Assembly (NCBI GenBank): GCA_963762565.1
Contig: CAVXLD010000003.1
Location: 448,001 to 512,000 of the forward strand
Direction of reading: 5' to 3'
DNA: 64,000 nucleotides
Source: an uncultured Verrucomicrobiae bacterium
GTDB lineage: Bacteria > Verrucomicrobiota > Verrucomicrobiia > Chthoniobacterales > JAFAMB01
The notes under the pieces are model-generated. The model made no database searches. It was not told the DNA's origin and was given only the letters and a program-made list of their open reading frames with translations. This document shows, piece after piece, positions 1 through 10,410 of this stretch (positions are counted from its first letter, which is position 1; the number at the start of each line of letters is the position of its first letter). The translations under genes and the position numbers were made by a program.

Positions 1-1302
1 ACCGACGACGGATGGGAAGTCGGTGTTCACATCGCCGACGTATCGCATTATGTCAGGCCGCACTCCGCGTTGGACCAGGAAGCCTATCAGCGTGGCAATA
101 GCGTCTATTTACCTGATCGGGTGATTCCGATGTTGCCGGAGCGATTATCCAACGGTGTTTGTAGCTTGCGCCCGGACGAAGATCATCTCACGAAGAGTGT
201 ACTGGTCTACTTTGACCGGACGGGGAAACCGAAAGGACACAAATTTGCTGCAACCGTCATTCGGAGCGGAAGCCGGTTAACATACGGAGAAGCGTATGAA
301 CGCTTAAACGGCCACCACAAAGATGAGTTAACCCGGAACTTGAAACAGGCTTGGGAGCTGGCGTCGAAGTTGCGTCAAAAACGGTTTCAGAACGGCGCTC
401 TCGACCTGGATATGCCGGAGGTCAGAGTGAAGGTTGATGCGAACGGGCGCGGGGTCGGCGTGATCCAGGAGGTCAACGACATCTCTCACCAGTTGATCGA
501 AGAATTCATGCTCCTGGCCAATGAGATCGTCGGGCGTGAGACCAAGATTCATAAGACTGTTAGCGTCTATCGAGTGCATGATGATCCGGATCCGGACAAA
601 TTGATGGAGTTTCGCGAATTTCTCCTATCGCACGGGATCCAGGCCGGAGATCTGAGCCAGCGAACCGAGATGCAAAAGCTGTTGAAGAAGATTGAGGGGC
701 GAGAAAATGAGGCAGCTTTGAAAGTGAATTTACTTCGGAGCCTTAAAAAAGCTGGTTATTCGCCATTACCACTAGGACACTACGGATTAGCTAAATCCGA
801 TTACAGCCATTTCACGAGCCCGATTCGGCGGTATGCAGACCTGCTGACTCACCGGGCATTTAACGTTTTACTTGGACGCCGAAACGGGAGTTGGATCGTA
901 GAAAATGCTGGGAAACAGTTAGTGCGTTCGAATCAGTTAGAGTCAGTGTGCGAACATCTGGCTTTGACTGAGCGGTTGGCAGCGGAAGCGGAACGGGAAG
1001 CGACGCGCTTAAAAAAACTAGAATTTCTAGAATCACTAGTTAGGAAACCGCATCGATTTGCTGGTATCGTATCTGAAGTTCGTAACTATGGACTGTTAGT
1101 AGAAGTGCCGGAGATCTTGATGACCGGGCTCGTTCACGTCAGCTCACTAGAAGACGATTTTTTCAGGTTTGATGCTGTTCGGCGGCGATTAGTGGGCCGA
1201 AATCGGCAGCGCATCTACCAAGCTGGAGATCATATTTGGGTAAGAGTTTCGCGAGTAGACCGATTTAAACAACAGATCGACTTCACGGTAGTGAGCGACT
1301 GA
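1..1302 (+). CDS. rnr: Ribonuclease R, 5'-truncated by window edge
   Basis: Open frame from base 1 (GVHIADVSHYV); RNB motifs SVYLPDRVIPMLPERLSNGVCSL, LIEEFMLLAN, HFTSPIRRYADL; C-terminal S1 domain (GLVHVSSL...IDF). Confidence 0.95.
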   Translation, partial: TDDGWEVGVHIADVSHYVRPHSALDQEAYQRGNSVYLPDRVIPMLPERLSNGVCSLRPDEDHLTKSVLVYFDRTGKPKGHKFAATVIRSGSRLTYGEAYERLNGHHKDELTRNLKQAWELASKLRQKRFQNGALDLDMPEVRVKVDANGRGVGVIQEVNDISHQLIEEFMLLANEIVGRETKIHKTVSVYRVHDDPDPDKLMEFREFLLSHGIQAGDLSQRTEMQKLLKKIEGRENEAALKVNLLRSLKKAGYSPLPLGHYGLAKSDYSHFTSPIRRYADLLTHRAFNVLLGRRNGSWIVENAGKQLVRSNQLESVCEHLALTERLAAEAEREATRLKKLEFLESLVRKPHRFAGIVSEVRNYGLLVEVPEILMTGLVHVSSLEDDFFRFDAVRRRLVGRNRQRIYQAGDHIWVRVSRVDRFKQQIDFTVVSD

Positions 1303-1446
1303 GGCGTAAAGTCGAATTCGTTACATATTTGCTATTTACGTAGCTCAGATTTTGTGGCACTTAAGAAGATTCTCTAAAACAAGCTTTGGTTTCAGTCCAA
1401 GGCGCCAAATGGTGTAATGGTATCGGTATCCCTCCAAAAAAATGTC

Positions 1447-1662
1447 ATGGACAATGTCATCGTAACCAGAGAGTTGCAGGTTGAGCGTAAGCATTTCTAT
1501 ATAGAGTTCCGAGAGAACGAACGCGGCCGGTTTATGCGGATTACTGAAGAAGCGCATGGCAGGCGTAATACGATCATCATTCCGAGTACGGGTTTGGACG
1601 ACTTTATGTCCGCCGCGGGCGAAGTGATTCAATCGGCGGATCGAGTTCCGGCAGCTTCCTGA
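1447..1662 (+). CDS. PUR-alpha-like (PurA/DUF3276-type) single-stranded nucleic-acid-binding protein
   Basis: 71 aa from ATG 1447; TRELQVERKHFYIEFRENERGRFMRITE...RNTIIIP matches the single bacterial PUR repeat pattern. Confidence 0.8.
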   Translation: MDNVIVTRELQVERKHFYIEFRENERGRFMRITEEAHGRRNTIIIPSTGLDDFMSAAGEVIQSADRVPAAS

Positions 1663-1710
1663 TAACTCTCTGCAGGCGTGTGAGCGCCTGAAAAAAGAAG
1701 ATTCCCCCCA

Positions 1711-1758
1711 AGCCTGCATCGCTTAAAAATGCTGAGACATTTTTAAGCGATGCAGGCT
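1711..1758. terminator. Perfect 21-bp stem hairpin downstream of the PUR gene (terminator-like or repeat)
   Basis: AGCCTGCATCGCTTAAAAATG-ctgaga-CATTTTTAAGCGATGCAGGCT. Confidence 0.55.
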
Positions 1759-1995
1759 ACGGCAAAAATACACTGGCTAACGCCAGCATATTTTTGCTTC
1801 TTTCACGGGCCCTTATTCAATCCGCTCTGAGGGGTTTTCGTGTCTGTGAACGACCCATGACGCCGTCTTCAAGACGACTGCGCTGCGTGAGTCTTCGACC
1901 GCTGCCGCAGAATGGCCCGGCGGTAGCGGACCATTCTGCGGCCATAGCCCGCGCCGGTCTCAAATGACGGATCCATTTGAGACCGGCGCGGGCCA

Positions 1996-2023
1996 TTGAC
2001 ACACCCCGACGCTTCGTTAGTTT
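1996..2023 (+). promoter_or_regulatory. Putative sigma70 promoter of ppdK
   Basis: TTGACA-16 nt-TAGTTT about 65 nt upstream of ATG 2090. Confidence 0.4.
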
Positions 2024-2089
2024 GACCGTTCTGACGGCGAGGAACGGCCCCGCGTCAGCCTGTATTCGTCACCGACCCCTAATCTTTTT

Positions 2090-4870
2090 ATGGCAAGAAA
2101 ACTCAAGAAAAGGCCCGCTCTCAAGGAGCAGCGCTCGAGCAAGAAAAAGGCTGAAAAAACTGCATCCACCAAAAAGACCCGCTACGTTTACTACTTTGGT
2201 GATGGCAAGGCGGACGGCAACGGCTCGATGAAGCCTTTGCTCGGAGGGAAAGGAGCCAATCTGCATGAGATGACTCGTATCGGGCTGCCGGTTCCTCCGG
2301 GTTTTACCATTACGACCGAAGTCTGCACTTATTTCTACGACAACAAGAAGACCTATCCTTCTGAGCTCGAGGACCAGGTTGCTTCGTCATTGCGCAAGAT
2401 CGAGAAGTCGGTCGGCAAGAAACTGGGTGATCGTGACAATCCGCTGTTGCTGTCTGTCCGTTCCGGCGCACGCGACTCGATGCCGGGGATGATGGACACG
2501 ATTTTGAACCTGGGGATGAATGACGAAGTGGTGGAGATCGTCGCCGAGAAGAGCGGTAACCCCCGTTTCGCTTGGGATTCTTATCGCCGTTTCCTGCAGA
2601 TGTATGGAGACGTGGTCATGGGAGTGCAAAAAGGCCCGGACGAAGACCACGAACCGTTCGAGACAGTGATCGAAGAGGTTAAACATGAGGCCGGTGCAGA
2701 GAAAGACACCGACCTGTCGGTTGAAGATCTGCAAACCTTGGTCGAACGCTTTAAGCAACTCATTAAAGAGCGCACTGGGAAGACATTTCCGCAGGATCCG
2801 CAGCAACAACTCTGGGGCTCGATTGGAGCTGTGTTTGGTTCCTGGAACAATGACCGGGCGATCGTCTACCGCCGGAAATACGGGATTCCTCACGAATGGG
2901 GAACCGCAGTGAACGTGCAGACGATGGTGTTTGGAAATCGGGGCGAGAACAGTGCGACCGGGGTTGCGTTTACCCGGGATCCGGCCAGCGGAGAGAAAGT
3001 CTTCTACGGTGAATACCTGATCAACGCTCAGGGTGAAGATGTGGTGGCAGGTGTGCGAACGCCGCACCCGGTGGCGCACCTGGCGAAGGAGATGCCGGCT
3101 GCCCATAAAGAACTGCTCAAAGTACGCAGCACTCTGGAGCACCATTTCCGGGACATGCAGGACCTCGAGTTCACGGTCGAAGAAAACAAGCTTTACATTC
3201 TGCAAACCCGAAACGGCAAACGCACCGGCTTGGCGGCCGTGCGGATTGCGACCGACATGGTAGCGGAGAAGTTAATTAAGAAGGAGGAAGCGGTAGCTCG
3301 CATTCCGGCTGATTCTCTCTCGCATCTTTTGGCGCCGATTTTCGACCGAAACAGCGTCAAACAAGCCAAAAAAATTGCGACTGGTCTACCGGCTGGTCCC
3401 GGTGCAGCGACGGGGCGGTTGGTGTTCAACGCGAAGGACGCGGTTGATATGGCGCACAAAGGCGAACCCGTGATTCTCGCACGTATTGAAACCTCACCTG
3501 AGGATTTGCGTGGAATGATTGCGGCAGAAGGGATTCTAACGGCGCGCGGCGGGGTTTCGTCGCACGCTGCGCTGGTGGCGCGTCAGATGGGTAAAGTGTG
3601 CGTGTGCGGCGCCTCGGCTCTGCGCATCGATTACACCGCCCAAACGCTGACCGCGGGAGACCTGACCTTAAAGCAAGGCGATTTCATCTCCATCGACGGT
3701 ACCGTCGGTGAGGTCTATGCGGGTGAGGTGAAGACCGCCGCTTCCGAAGTTGTACAAGTGCTGGTCGAAAAGAAACTCGATCCGAAGAAGAGCCAGGTCT
3801 ATCAGGAATTCTCGTCGTTGATGAGCTGGGCGGACAAGCTCCGCAAGCTCGATGTCCGGACCAATGCAGACACTCCTGAACAGGTAGCGACCGCAATCGC
3901 GTTTGGCGCCAAAGGGATTGGACTTTGCCGAACCGAGCACATGTTCTTCGAAGGAGATCGTATCGATGCGATGCGGGAGATGATCCTGGCGCAGACACTG
4001 GAAGAACGAAAAGAGGCCTTGGAAAAACTGCTGCCGTATCAGAAGGAAGACTTTGTCGGTATTTTCAAAGAGTTGAAGGGTCTACCGGCCACAATCCGTC
4101 TGTTGGATCCGCCATTGCATGAGTTTTTACCGCACACGGAAGCTCAGCAAGCGGACCTGGCCAAGAAGCTCGGAGTGCCGGCGGAGCGGATCGCTCGTCG
4201 AGTTGAGGAACTCCATGAATTCAATCCGATGCTCGGACATCGTGGCTGCCGTCTCGGAATTAGTTTCCCTGAGGTGACCGAGATGCAGGCGCGGGCGATC
4301 TTTCAAGCCGCGGTCGAAGTCCAAAAGTCCGGGATCAAAGTAAAACCGGAAGTCATGATTCCGTTGGTCGGTTTCCCGAAGGAGCTAGCGCTTCAGCTGG
4401 AGATTGTTCATCGGGTCGCCGCGGAAGTATCGAAGGCGAATAAGGTGAAGCTGAACTACTTAGTCGGCACCATGATTGAGATCCCGCGTGGCGCGATCGT
4501 GGCCGATGAAATCGCGAAGGATGCGCAATTCTTCAGCTTTGGTACGAACGACCTGACCCAGACCACGCTTGGTATGAGCCGGGACGATTCTGGCAGTTTC
4601 TTGCCCCATTATCAGGAGCTCGAGATCGTCAAGAACAATCCGTTTGCCACTATCGACCGAAGCGGCGTTGGGAAGCTCATGGAGATCGCGCGGGATCAAG
4701 GTCGTAAGACCCGGCCGGACATCAAGCTCGGCATCTGTGGCGAACACGGCGGCGATCCGAACAGCGTTAAATTCTGCCATACGCTTGGCCTGGATTATGT
4801 GAGCTGCAGCCCGTTCCGGATTCCGGTGGCTCGCTTGGCCGCAGCCCAGGCTGCGCTCGAAAAGAAGTGA
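2090..4870 (+). CDS. ppdK: Pyruvate, phosphate dikinase
   Basis: [35 protein letters not shown] (phospho-His), [29 protein letters not shown]. Confidence 0.97.
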   Translation: MARKLKKRPALKEQRSSKKKAEKTASTKKTRYVYYFGDGKADGNGSMKPLLGGKGANLHEMTRIGLPVPPGFTITTEVCTYFYDNKKTYPSELEDQVASSLRKIEKSVGKKLGDRDNPLLLSVRSGARDSMPGMMDTILNLGMNDEVVEIVAEKSGNPRFAWDSYRRFLQMYGDVVMGVQKGPDEDHEPFETVIEEVKHEAGAEKDTDLSVEDLQTLVERFKQLIKERTGKTFPQDPQQQLWGSIGAVFGSWNNDRAIVYRRKYGIPHEWGTAVNVQTMVFGNRGENSATGVAFTRDPASGEKVFYGEYLINAQGEDVVAGVRTPHPVAHLAKEMPAAHKELLKVRSTLEHHFRDMQDLEFTVEENKLYILQTRNGKRTGLAAVRIATDMVAEKLIKKEEAVARIPADSLSHLLAPIFDRNSVKQAKKIATGLPAGPGAATGRLVFNAKDAVDMAHKGEPVILARIETSPEDLRGMIAAEGILTARGGVSSHAALVARQMGKVCVCGASALRIDYTAQTLTAGDLTLKQGDFISIDGTVGEVYAGEVKTAASEVVQVLVEKKLDPKKSQVYQEFSSLMSWADKLRKLDVRTNADTPEQVATAIAFGAKGIGLCRTEHMFFEGDRIDAMREMILAQTLEERKEALEKLLPYQKEDFVGIFKELKGLPATIRLLDPPLHEFLPHTEAQQADLAKKLGVPAERIARRVEELHEFNPMLGHRGCRLGISFPEVTEMQARAIFQAAVEVQKSGIKVKPEVMIPLVGFPKELALQLEIVHRVAAEVSKANKVKLNYLVGTMIEIPRGAIVADEIAKDAQFFSFGTNDLTQTTLGMSRDDSGSFLPHYQELEIVKNNPFATIDRSGVGKLMEIARDQGRKTRPDIKLGICGEHGGDPNSVKFCHTLGLDYVSCSPFRIPVARLAAAQAALEKK

Positions 4871-5372
4871 TTGGTGATTGGTGGACGCCGTCGGCGTCGA
4901 TCGATCGCGGATCGGTGTGCCCGCTTGGGCACGCCGGTTAGGGTGGTAAGCTGTCGAAGGTTGACCAAGTTTGCTGGGGCGAGGCTCCCGAACGGCCGAC
5001 TGGCTTTCGCGGCACCGTCGGCTTGGCTTGACAAATAGCGAGCAAGGTCGATCGCGTGCCGAGCCGCGAAAAGCCCAGCGTTTATTTTCGGTTCAAGGGT
5101 TGTGCGGAGATGTAACAATCGATCTGGGCGACGGCGTCGTGTTTGGGTGGACGTGCATCAGGGGTCGGCGGCTCGGCAGTCACTCGGCCCGGTTCTCGTC
5201 CCAGCGGCAACCGATGATCCTCGCTGCGAACAGGGCAGGGTCGTTCGGGAGCCCGCCTACGCCAAGCCTACGGCGCGGCAGGCCCTCGCCCCACCAATCA
5301 GGGACCCTGCGGACCCAGCGCCAATCTGCTATCTGCTATTTGTCATTCCGGCCGAGCCTAAGGCGAGGCCGG

Positions 5373-6302
5373 CTAGTCGCCCGCTCGATGCAAAATGTGG
5401 TGATCGAGGGCGCTCTCAAGATGCGTAGTGACCTTAGCTTTCGGGGTTACTTTGGAGCCAAGCACGTCTTCAATCTCGGTTGCGATCCGGTGGGCATCGC
5501 TTAGTAGCACGCCGGCTGGAAACACCAGGTGAAATTCTACCCATTGCGTATCGCCTAAATCACGGTGGCGCAGGTTGTGATAGGAAATACGCCGGCGCTC
5601 AGTTTCTCGATCCAGGATTTCGATGATGAATTTCTGCACCTTTGGATCGGCCTCATCCATCAGGCCGGAGAAACTGGAATGGACTAACCTGATACCGGTC
5701 ACCACGATGTTCGTCGCGACCAGGATACCGATGATCGGGTCCAGCCAGGTCCAGTGAAGGATTCCGGCTAGAAACAGGGTCGCGAGAACGGCGAGAGAGG
5801 TCCAACAGTCGGCGAACGTATGTTTACCGTTGGCCTCTAAAATCAAAGAATGGTGCCGTTTCGCTACTCGTAACAGAGCGAGCCCGAGAAGACCATTTCC
5901 GGCAGCCGCGATGCCGCTCAGCAAGAGACCAGCGGGAATGTGGGTCAACGGCTCAGGTTGTACCAGTTTTCCAATGGATTCGTCGTAGATGAAGAGAGCG
6001 GCGACCACAATCATGGTCCCTTCAACGCCGGCGGAAAAGAAACCGATTTTAGCGTGACCATAACGATGGGTCTCATCGGCCGGTTTATGCGAGAGGCGGA
6101 GGCTGTAAGCTGCGAATAGGACCCCCACGATATGGACAACGGCTTCTGCAGCGTCGCCCAGCACCGCGGCCGAATTCGTCAGCAGGTAGCCAGCGACTTT
6201 CATCAGAACCATGCCGACGCTGACGCCGACAGACCAACGCATCGCGACATCAACTGGCAGTTCAGTCTGATTTTTGGCCACGGCTTTCCTCTTCCTCAGC
6301 AT
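5373..6302 (-). CDS. Cation diffusion facilitator (FieF-like) transporter; start uncertain
   Basis: TM helices, PADETHRYGHAK motif, H..AD metal site, C-terminal HRIATEIE...VTTHLE dimerisation domain. Confidence 0.88.
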   Translation of the reverse strand: MLRKRKAVAKNQTELPVDVAMRWSVGVSVGMVLMKVAGYLLTNSAAVLGDAAEAVVHIVGVLFAAYSLRLSHKPADETHRYGHAKIGFFSAGVEGTMIVVAALFIYDESIGKLVQPEPLTHIPAGLLLSGIAAAGNGLLGLALLRVAKRHHSLILEANGKHTFADCWTSLAVLATLFLAGILHWTWLDPIIGILVATNIVVTGIRLVHSSFSGLMDEADPKVQKFIIEILDRETERRRISYHNLRHRDLGDTQWVEFHLVFPAGVLLSDAHRIATEIEDVLGSKVTPKAKVTTHLESALDHHILHRAGD

Positions 6303-6996
6303 CTTTGAGCCGTATTTTGATCTGTCTAGATAAAAGCCAGCGAACACCGAACATATCGATGGTCGCGCGGAGGGCGCGATTTCCGAAAGTGTACTTGCTG
6401 GCGCCGTGGCGCCGCGGCCGATGATTGACCGGAATTTCCACCAGTTTGTAACCCATCCCTTTGATCAATGCCGGCAAAAATCGGTGCATACCATAGAACG
6501 GAATCAACGCTTCCCGGCATTCTCGTCGCATCGCCTTTAAGGTACAGCCGGTATCGCGGACCCCGTCTTTTGTAAACCGGCTCCGAATTCCGTTAGCAAT
6601 CGTACTTTGGAGTTTTTTGAACCAGTTATCCTGCCGTTTAGCTCGGTAGCCGCAAACGAGGTCGGCACCCTTCTCGATTTCCTCCAGTAGGCGCGGGATA
6701 TCATTAGGATCGTTCTGCAGATCGCTATCCAGGAGAACAAGGACGCGGCCGCGCGCCATGGCTAATCCTGCGTAGATAGCGGCGCTCTGGCCACAATTGC
6801 TCACAAATTGGAGCACGCGAATGCGCGGCGATCGCTGGATTTGCTTGGCTGAATCATCGGTCGACCCGTCATCGACGAACAGGAATTCATGGTCGTAATC
6901 CCGCATCACCGAAAAGAGCTCGGCCTGAAGCTGCGGCAAGCTGGCGGCCTCATTGTAGACCGGGACAATGATGGAGATCTCCGGGCTTTGGTTCAC
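6262..6996 (-). CDS. Glycosyltransferase family 2 (polyprenol-phosphate glycosyltransferase, ArnC/DPM1-like)
   Basis: SIIVPVYNE, VDDGSTD, LDSDLQNDP, HRFLPAL, VNHRPRRHGASKY; GTG 6996 overlaps the upstream stop (GTGA). Confidence 0.9.
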   Translation of the reverse strand: MNQSPEISIIVPVYNEAASLPQLQAELFSVMRDYDHEFLFVDDGSTDDSAKQIQRSPRIRVLQFVSNCGQSAAIYAGLAMARGRVLVLLDSDLQNDPNDIPRLLEEIEKGADLVCGYRAKRQDNWFKKLQSTIANGIRSRFTKDGVRDTGCTLKAMRRECREALIPFYGMHRFLPALIKGMGYKLVEIPVNHRPRRHGASKYTFGNRALRATIDMFGVRWLLSRQIKIRLKDAEEEESRGQKSD

Positions 6997-8618
6997 AGCG
7001 GCAGCGTCTGGTATTGATAGCACGCAAAGATACGAAACTCGTGCAACGGTTCGTTTCGTCGATTGACTTGGAAATGATCAACTAACTCCCAACGGGTAAA
7101 CGAATTTTGCAAATTCTGAGGAGGTGTTTCCTCAGGCGCGTCGGTGATATAGAGGGCGGTGCGATTAATAAATGGGTTCACTCCGGCTTGTTCGCTAAAA
7201 AGCGAGTTTATCTCTGATTTATCCGCCGGCTCAACAAACTCATCGTATCGGGGCCAAAAAGAAAACTCGTTCTCAATATTTTGCGACTCCGGAATGTAGA
7301 TCGGCGGATGACCGGGATCTTCGGCCCTCGGATCCGGCAAATAAAAGGACACCGCAGCTGCCGTTTGATAACGGTTACCGATCAAGAACACCTGCTCGCC
7401 CAGCTTTTGTTCAAAGGCCCTCCTGAATCGTCCGATCTCTGTCCCGGCGGTTTTCCAGCCATGGAGGCCGGCCGTGGGATCGGATGAATAAGCGAAATTG
7501 ATACCGGTAATTCGGAGTAAATCGGTGTCCAAAGCCAGCAACGAACTACCTGCTGCGGTTACTAATGCAACCACCGCAACGATGCGGAGGATTCTGTTCG
7601 GCGGGGGTACATCGAGCCACCAGGCAACCGCCAGCACGCTCAAACTCACAAATCCGAGGGCTATCCAGGAGGGTTGAGTCAAATGTTGAAGGATCACAAT
7701 CAAACCGATGAGCAGGATCGGCCAACCGAAGCTTAAAAGAAAAGAGACCTTAGTACTGCGGAGCGCTCTCGGTATCGAGGCGATCACGGCTGTGATCAAG
7801 GCGACCAAAAAGAGCGGTGACCAAAGCAGCAGTTGATGTCCGATAACTTGGAAGACAGCGCATAAGCGAGCCGGTAGATGCGCACGGGATCCAATCTCGC
7901 TCGATAACGGAACGAGTCCGATCCAGTCGTGCCGCAGGTTCCAAATGATCGGCGCGGCCAGGAATAAGCAAAACACGCCAAACAGAACGTAAACGCCGGG
8001 TCGTCGGAATTCGCGGCGATGTTTTGCGGAGGTAAGCAAAAAAATGAGGACCGAGATCAGCTCAAAAGCGTTTTGGTAGTTAGAAAGAAAACCACAGCCA
8101 ATAAGAAATCCGGTTAGTGCCCAAAATGGGAGGCGATTTGAGCGCTCTTGAACCGCTGACCAGAAGGTTGCCACGGCTGCGGTCCAGAAAAAGAGTGAGA
8201 GGGAATCTATGCCGATGAAACTCGCTTGCAGGTTGAAGAACGGCGTGAGATTGAGAAGGACTACCAGCCAGAACGCAATGCGCTCTCGGTAGAGTTGGCG
8301 GGCTAGGAAATAGAGAAGTAACGAGGTCCCAAAAGCCAACCAAGGGCTCAACAATCGAACGCCTAGCTCGGAATGCCCTAAGATCGAGGCGCTAAGAAGA
8401 ATGGACAAAGCAACGCCAGGTCCATTGGAGTAATAGCAAACGTTCGGGTGTTGCGCCCACAAGTAATAATAGGCTTCATCAGGCGAAAGCTCAGAGTAGG
8501 CGCCCCAGACGAGTCTGGCGCATGTAAGAGCGAGCAGAAACGAGAAGAGAATCCAGCTTGTCCGACGAAGCATATGGAGGTTCAAACGAAAGAGCGAAGT
8601 CGCCGACCGCGACGTCAT
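6993..8618 (-). CDS. ArnT/PMT-family (GT-C) membrane glycosyltransferase
   Basis: ELSPDEAYY..W, GHSELGVRL, many TM segments, large C-terminal periplasmic domain. Confidence 0.85.
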   Translation of the reverse strand: MTSRSATSLFRLNLHMLRRTSWILFSFLLALTCARLVWGAYSELSPDEAYYYLWAQHPNVCYYSNGPGVALSILLSASILGHSELGVRLLSPWLAFGTSLLLYFLARQLYRERIAFWLVVLLNLTPFFNLQASFIGIDSLSLFFWTAAVATFWSAVQERSNRLPFWALTGFLIGCGFLSNYQNAFELISVLIFLLTSAKHRREFRRPGVYVLFGVFCLFLAAPIIWNLRHDWIGLVPLSSEIGSRAHLPARLCAVFQVIGHQLLLWSPLFLVALITAVIASIPRALRSTKVSFLLSFGWPILLIGLIVILQHLTQPSWIALGFVSLSVLAVAWWLDVPPPNRILRIVAVVALVTAAGSSLLALDTDLLRITGINFAYSSDPTAGLHGWKTAGTEIGRFRRAFEQKLGEQVFLIGNRYQTAAAVSFYLPDPRAEDPGHPPIYIPESQNIENEFSFWPRYDEFVEPADKSEINSLFSEQAGVNPFINRTALYITDAPEETPPQNLQNSFTRWELVDHFQVNRRNEPLHEFRIFACYQYQTLPL

Positions 8619-9271
8619 CTTGGGACTGGAGGAACTAACTCTGGATGGAGCGAATGAAATCTGGGAAACCAGCGAGCGGTTACCTTACGATAAAAATAAG
8701 TCAGAAGGGTGAAACAGGTTAGTGCGAAACCTACCCCTGCGAACACGGAAATTAGGATATCCGAAGGCCAATGAGAGCCACAATAGATGCGAGAGTAGCA
8801 GATCAAGGCGGCTGGAAAGATGTAAAGGGCGCCCAAGCGTCCGAAGAATAGGATCGCGAGCGTGGCGAGCAGGGAATTATTAACGGCATGTCCGGAAGGG
8901 AACGACCGGCCAGTGATCTGCTCGCTCGGATCCGGGGAGAAGAGAACATCCGGAGCTCTAAAAACGGCGAGTACCTGCGGATGGGTCCGAACGAGAGCGA
9001 CTTCTCGGACGTCTGCTAGCGCTTGCACAGGGCGTGGGCGGTCCACCAAGTGCTTAGTGATTTGGGTGAAGATCCCGTCGGCTACGCCCAGAGTAATCAA
9101 GGTTGCAAAGATGAAGGCTCGCCAGCGAAACCCGCCCCGCCACAATAGCAAGGGGATTAAAATGAACAGAAGCGGCCGCCACAGGTCGAAGTTGGACATT
9201 ATGGCCATCAGCCAGTCTAGGAATGGGTTTGTCCATTGTCTGTTGATGAGAAAAAGAAGCTTGGTGTCCAT
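8615..9271 (-). CDS. PAP2-family phosphatase (undecaprenyl-PP/lipid phosphatase-like)
   Basis: K..VDRPRP, SFPSGHA, SRIYCGSHWPSD catalytic motifs; 4-nt overlap with the next gene. Confidence 0.9.
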   Translation of the reverse strand: MDTKLLFLINRQWTNPFLDWLMAIMSNFDLWRPLLFILIPLLLWRGGFRWRAFIFATLITLGVADGIFTQITKHLVDRPRPVQALADVREVALVRTHPQVLAVFRAPDVLFSPDPSEQITGRSFPSGHAVNNSLLATLAILFFGRLGALYIFPAALICYSRIYCGSHWPSDILISVFAGVGFALTCFTLLTYFYRKVTARWFPRFHSLHPELVPPVPR

Positions 9272-9348
9272 CTCTGGTCAGCCTGCATCGGCCATCCACG
9301 TTCGCCATTTTGCGAGCGGAGCGAGCGTAAGCTAAGGATTGGTTATTG

Positions 9349-10026
9349 ATGAAACAAGTAAAGAAATTGGCTCTGGGCCTTCTCGCGGTTGTGTTGATCA
9401 GCCAGAGCGTAGCTCGCGCGGATGAACAAGCGGCCCAGATCTTAAGCGGGATTCGGTTGGCTGATATCTCTCAGGAGCTAGACGGACGTCTACGTAAACA
9501 AGATGGAACCACTGTTCTGTTCAAGCTGCGAGCGGGAAGCGATGAATTGATTTTTAGTTTCAGCAACCCGACCGAAGTATTGCGGCTCACCCTGAATGAT
9601 AACGGATCAAACCTGACTTTGCAGTCCGGGGACAGGGAACGCACCATCAGCGGTGCAAGATTGAACGATTCCGTCCGCGGGACTGATATCACCTATCAGG
9701 ATTTAGCTTTGCGCTTCTTGTATTGGAAAAATTCCCGGGTCGAAGGTGAACAGAACATCCGGACGTTTCCGTGTTGGATGATTTTGTTGCAGCAGAATAA
9801 CCCCGCCATCGCCTACGCTTCTGTTAGAGTCTGGGTCGCCAAGGAAAGTGGTGCGCTGTTGCGCGCAGAAGCCTTCGATACGCAGGGTCGGGTGCTAAAA
9901 AAATTTGAGGTGATTTCAGGCCAGAAAATCGAGGGCAAATGGTTCCTGAAACAGATGCGAATCGAACGATACGATCCGGCGAGCGGGAATCTCGCTTCGC
10001 GGACGTACTTGGAGATAAGCGGGTGA
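9349..10026 (+). CDS. Outer-membrane lipoprotein-sorting (LolA-like) periplasmic protein
   Basis: Signal peptide; GTDITYQDL and YASVRVWVAK...EAFD..GRVLK pattern of the LolA-like family. Confidence 0.65.
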   Translation: MKQVKKLALGLLAVVLISQSVARADEQAAQILSGIRLADISQELDGRLRKQDGTTVLFKLRAGSDELIFSFSNPTEVLRLTLNDNGSNLTLQSGDRERTISGARLNDSVRGTDITYQDLALRFLYWKNSRVEGEQNIRTFPCWMILLQQNNPAIAYASVRVWVAKESGALLRAEAFDTQGRVLKKFEVISGQKIEGKWFLKQMRIERYDPASGNLASRTYLEISG

Positions 10027-10086
10027 AGCGGCTTGGGAATGCTGTGAGAGGGTGATTGGTGATTGGTGATTGGTTGGGCGAGGTGA

Positions 10087-10347
10087 GGGGTCGCCACCCG
10101 TGGAGCGCTGCCTCGCTTGCGAGGCCGTGGTGAGCAGGGAGATTTCGTCAGGTGCTGTCCTTTTGAGCGCAGCGCTCTATTGTTTAGCAATTGAGAACAG
10201 CGACGAAGTTAGGAGACATCGTGTTCGCATGCAGGATCGGGTACCGGTTTCAACCAGCGCGAGACAGAGCGTAGATAGGTGAACGGCCTGCCCGATGGTA
10301 TCCCCTTGCTCACCACGGCCTCGCAAGCGAGGCGCGCTCCACGGGTG
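10087..10347. repeat. REP-like family R1 inverted doublet
   Basis: CCACCCGTGGAGCGCTGCCTCGCTTGCGAGGCCGTGGTGAGCA at ~10094-10137 and its inverse at ~10304-10347; further copies at ~12023-12083 and 30722-30937. Confidence 0.85.
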
Positions 10348-10410
10348 CCGACCGCAGGGTTGACATCCCTCTCCCACTCAATAGTTTAGCAAACCTTTTT
10401 TTGTACGGTC

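Noticed and set aside
2387..4780. Long antisense ORFs within ppdK (and within acs, dnaX, mpl and the kinase)
   Set aside because: Shadow frames of GC-rich coding sequence opposite well-supported genes.
4971..5504. ORFs 4971-5504 and 5102-5428
   Set aside because: They run through R4/R5 repeats and overlap the CDF gene; no protein-like motif.
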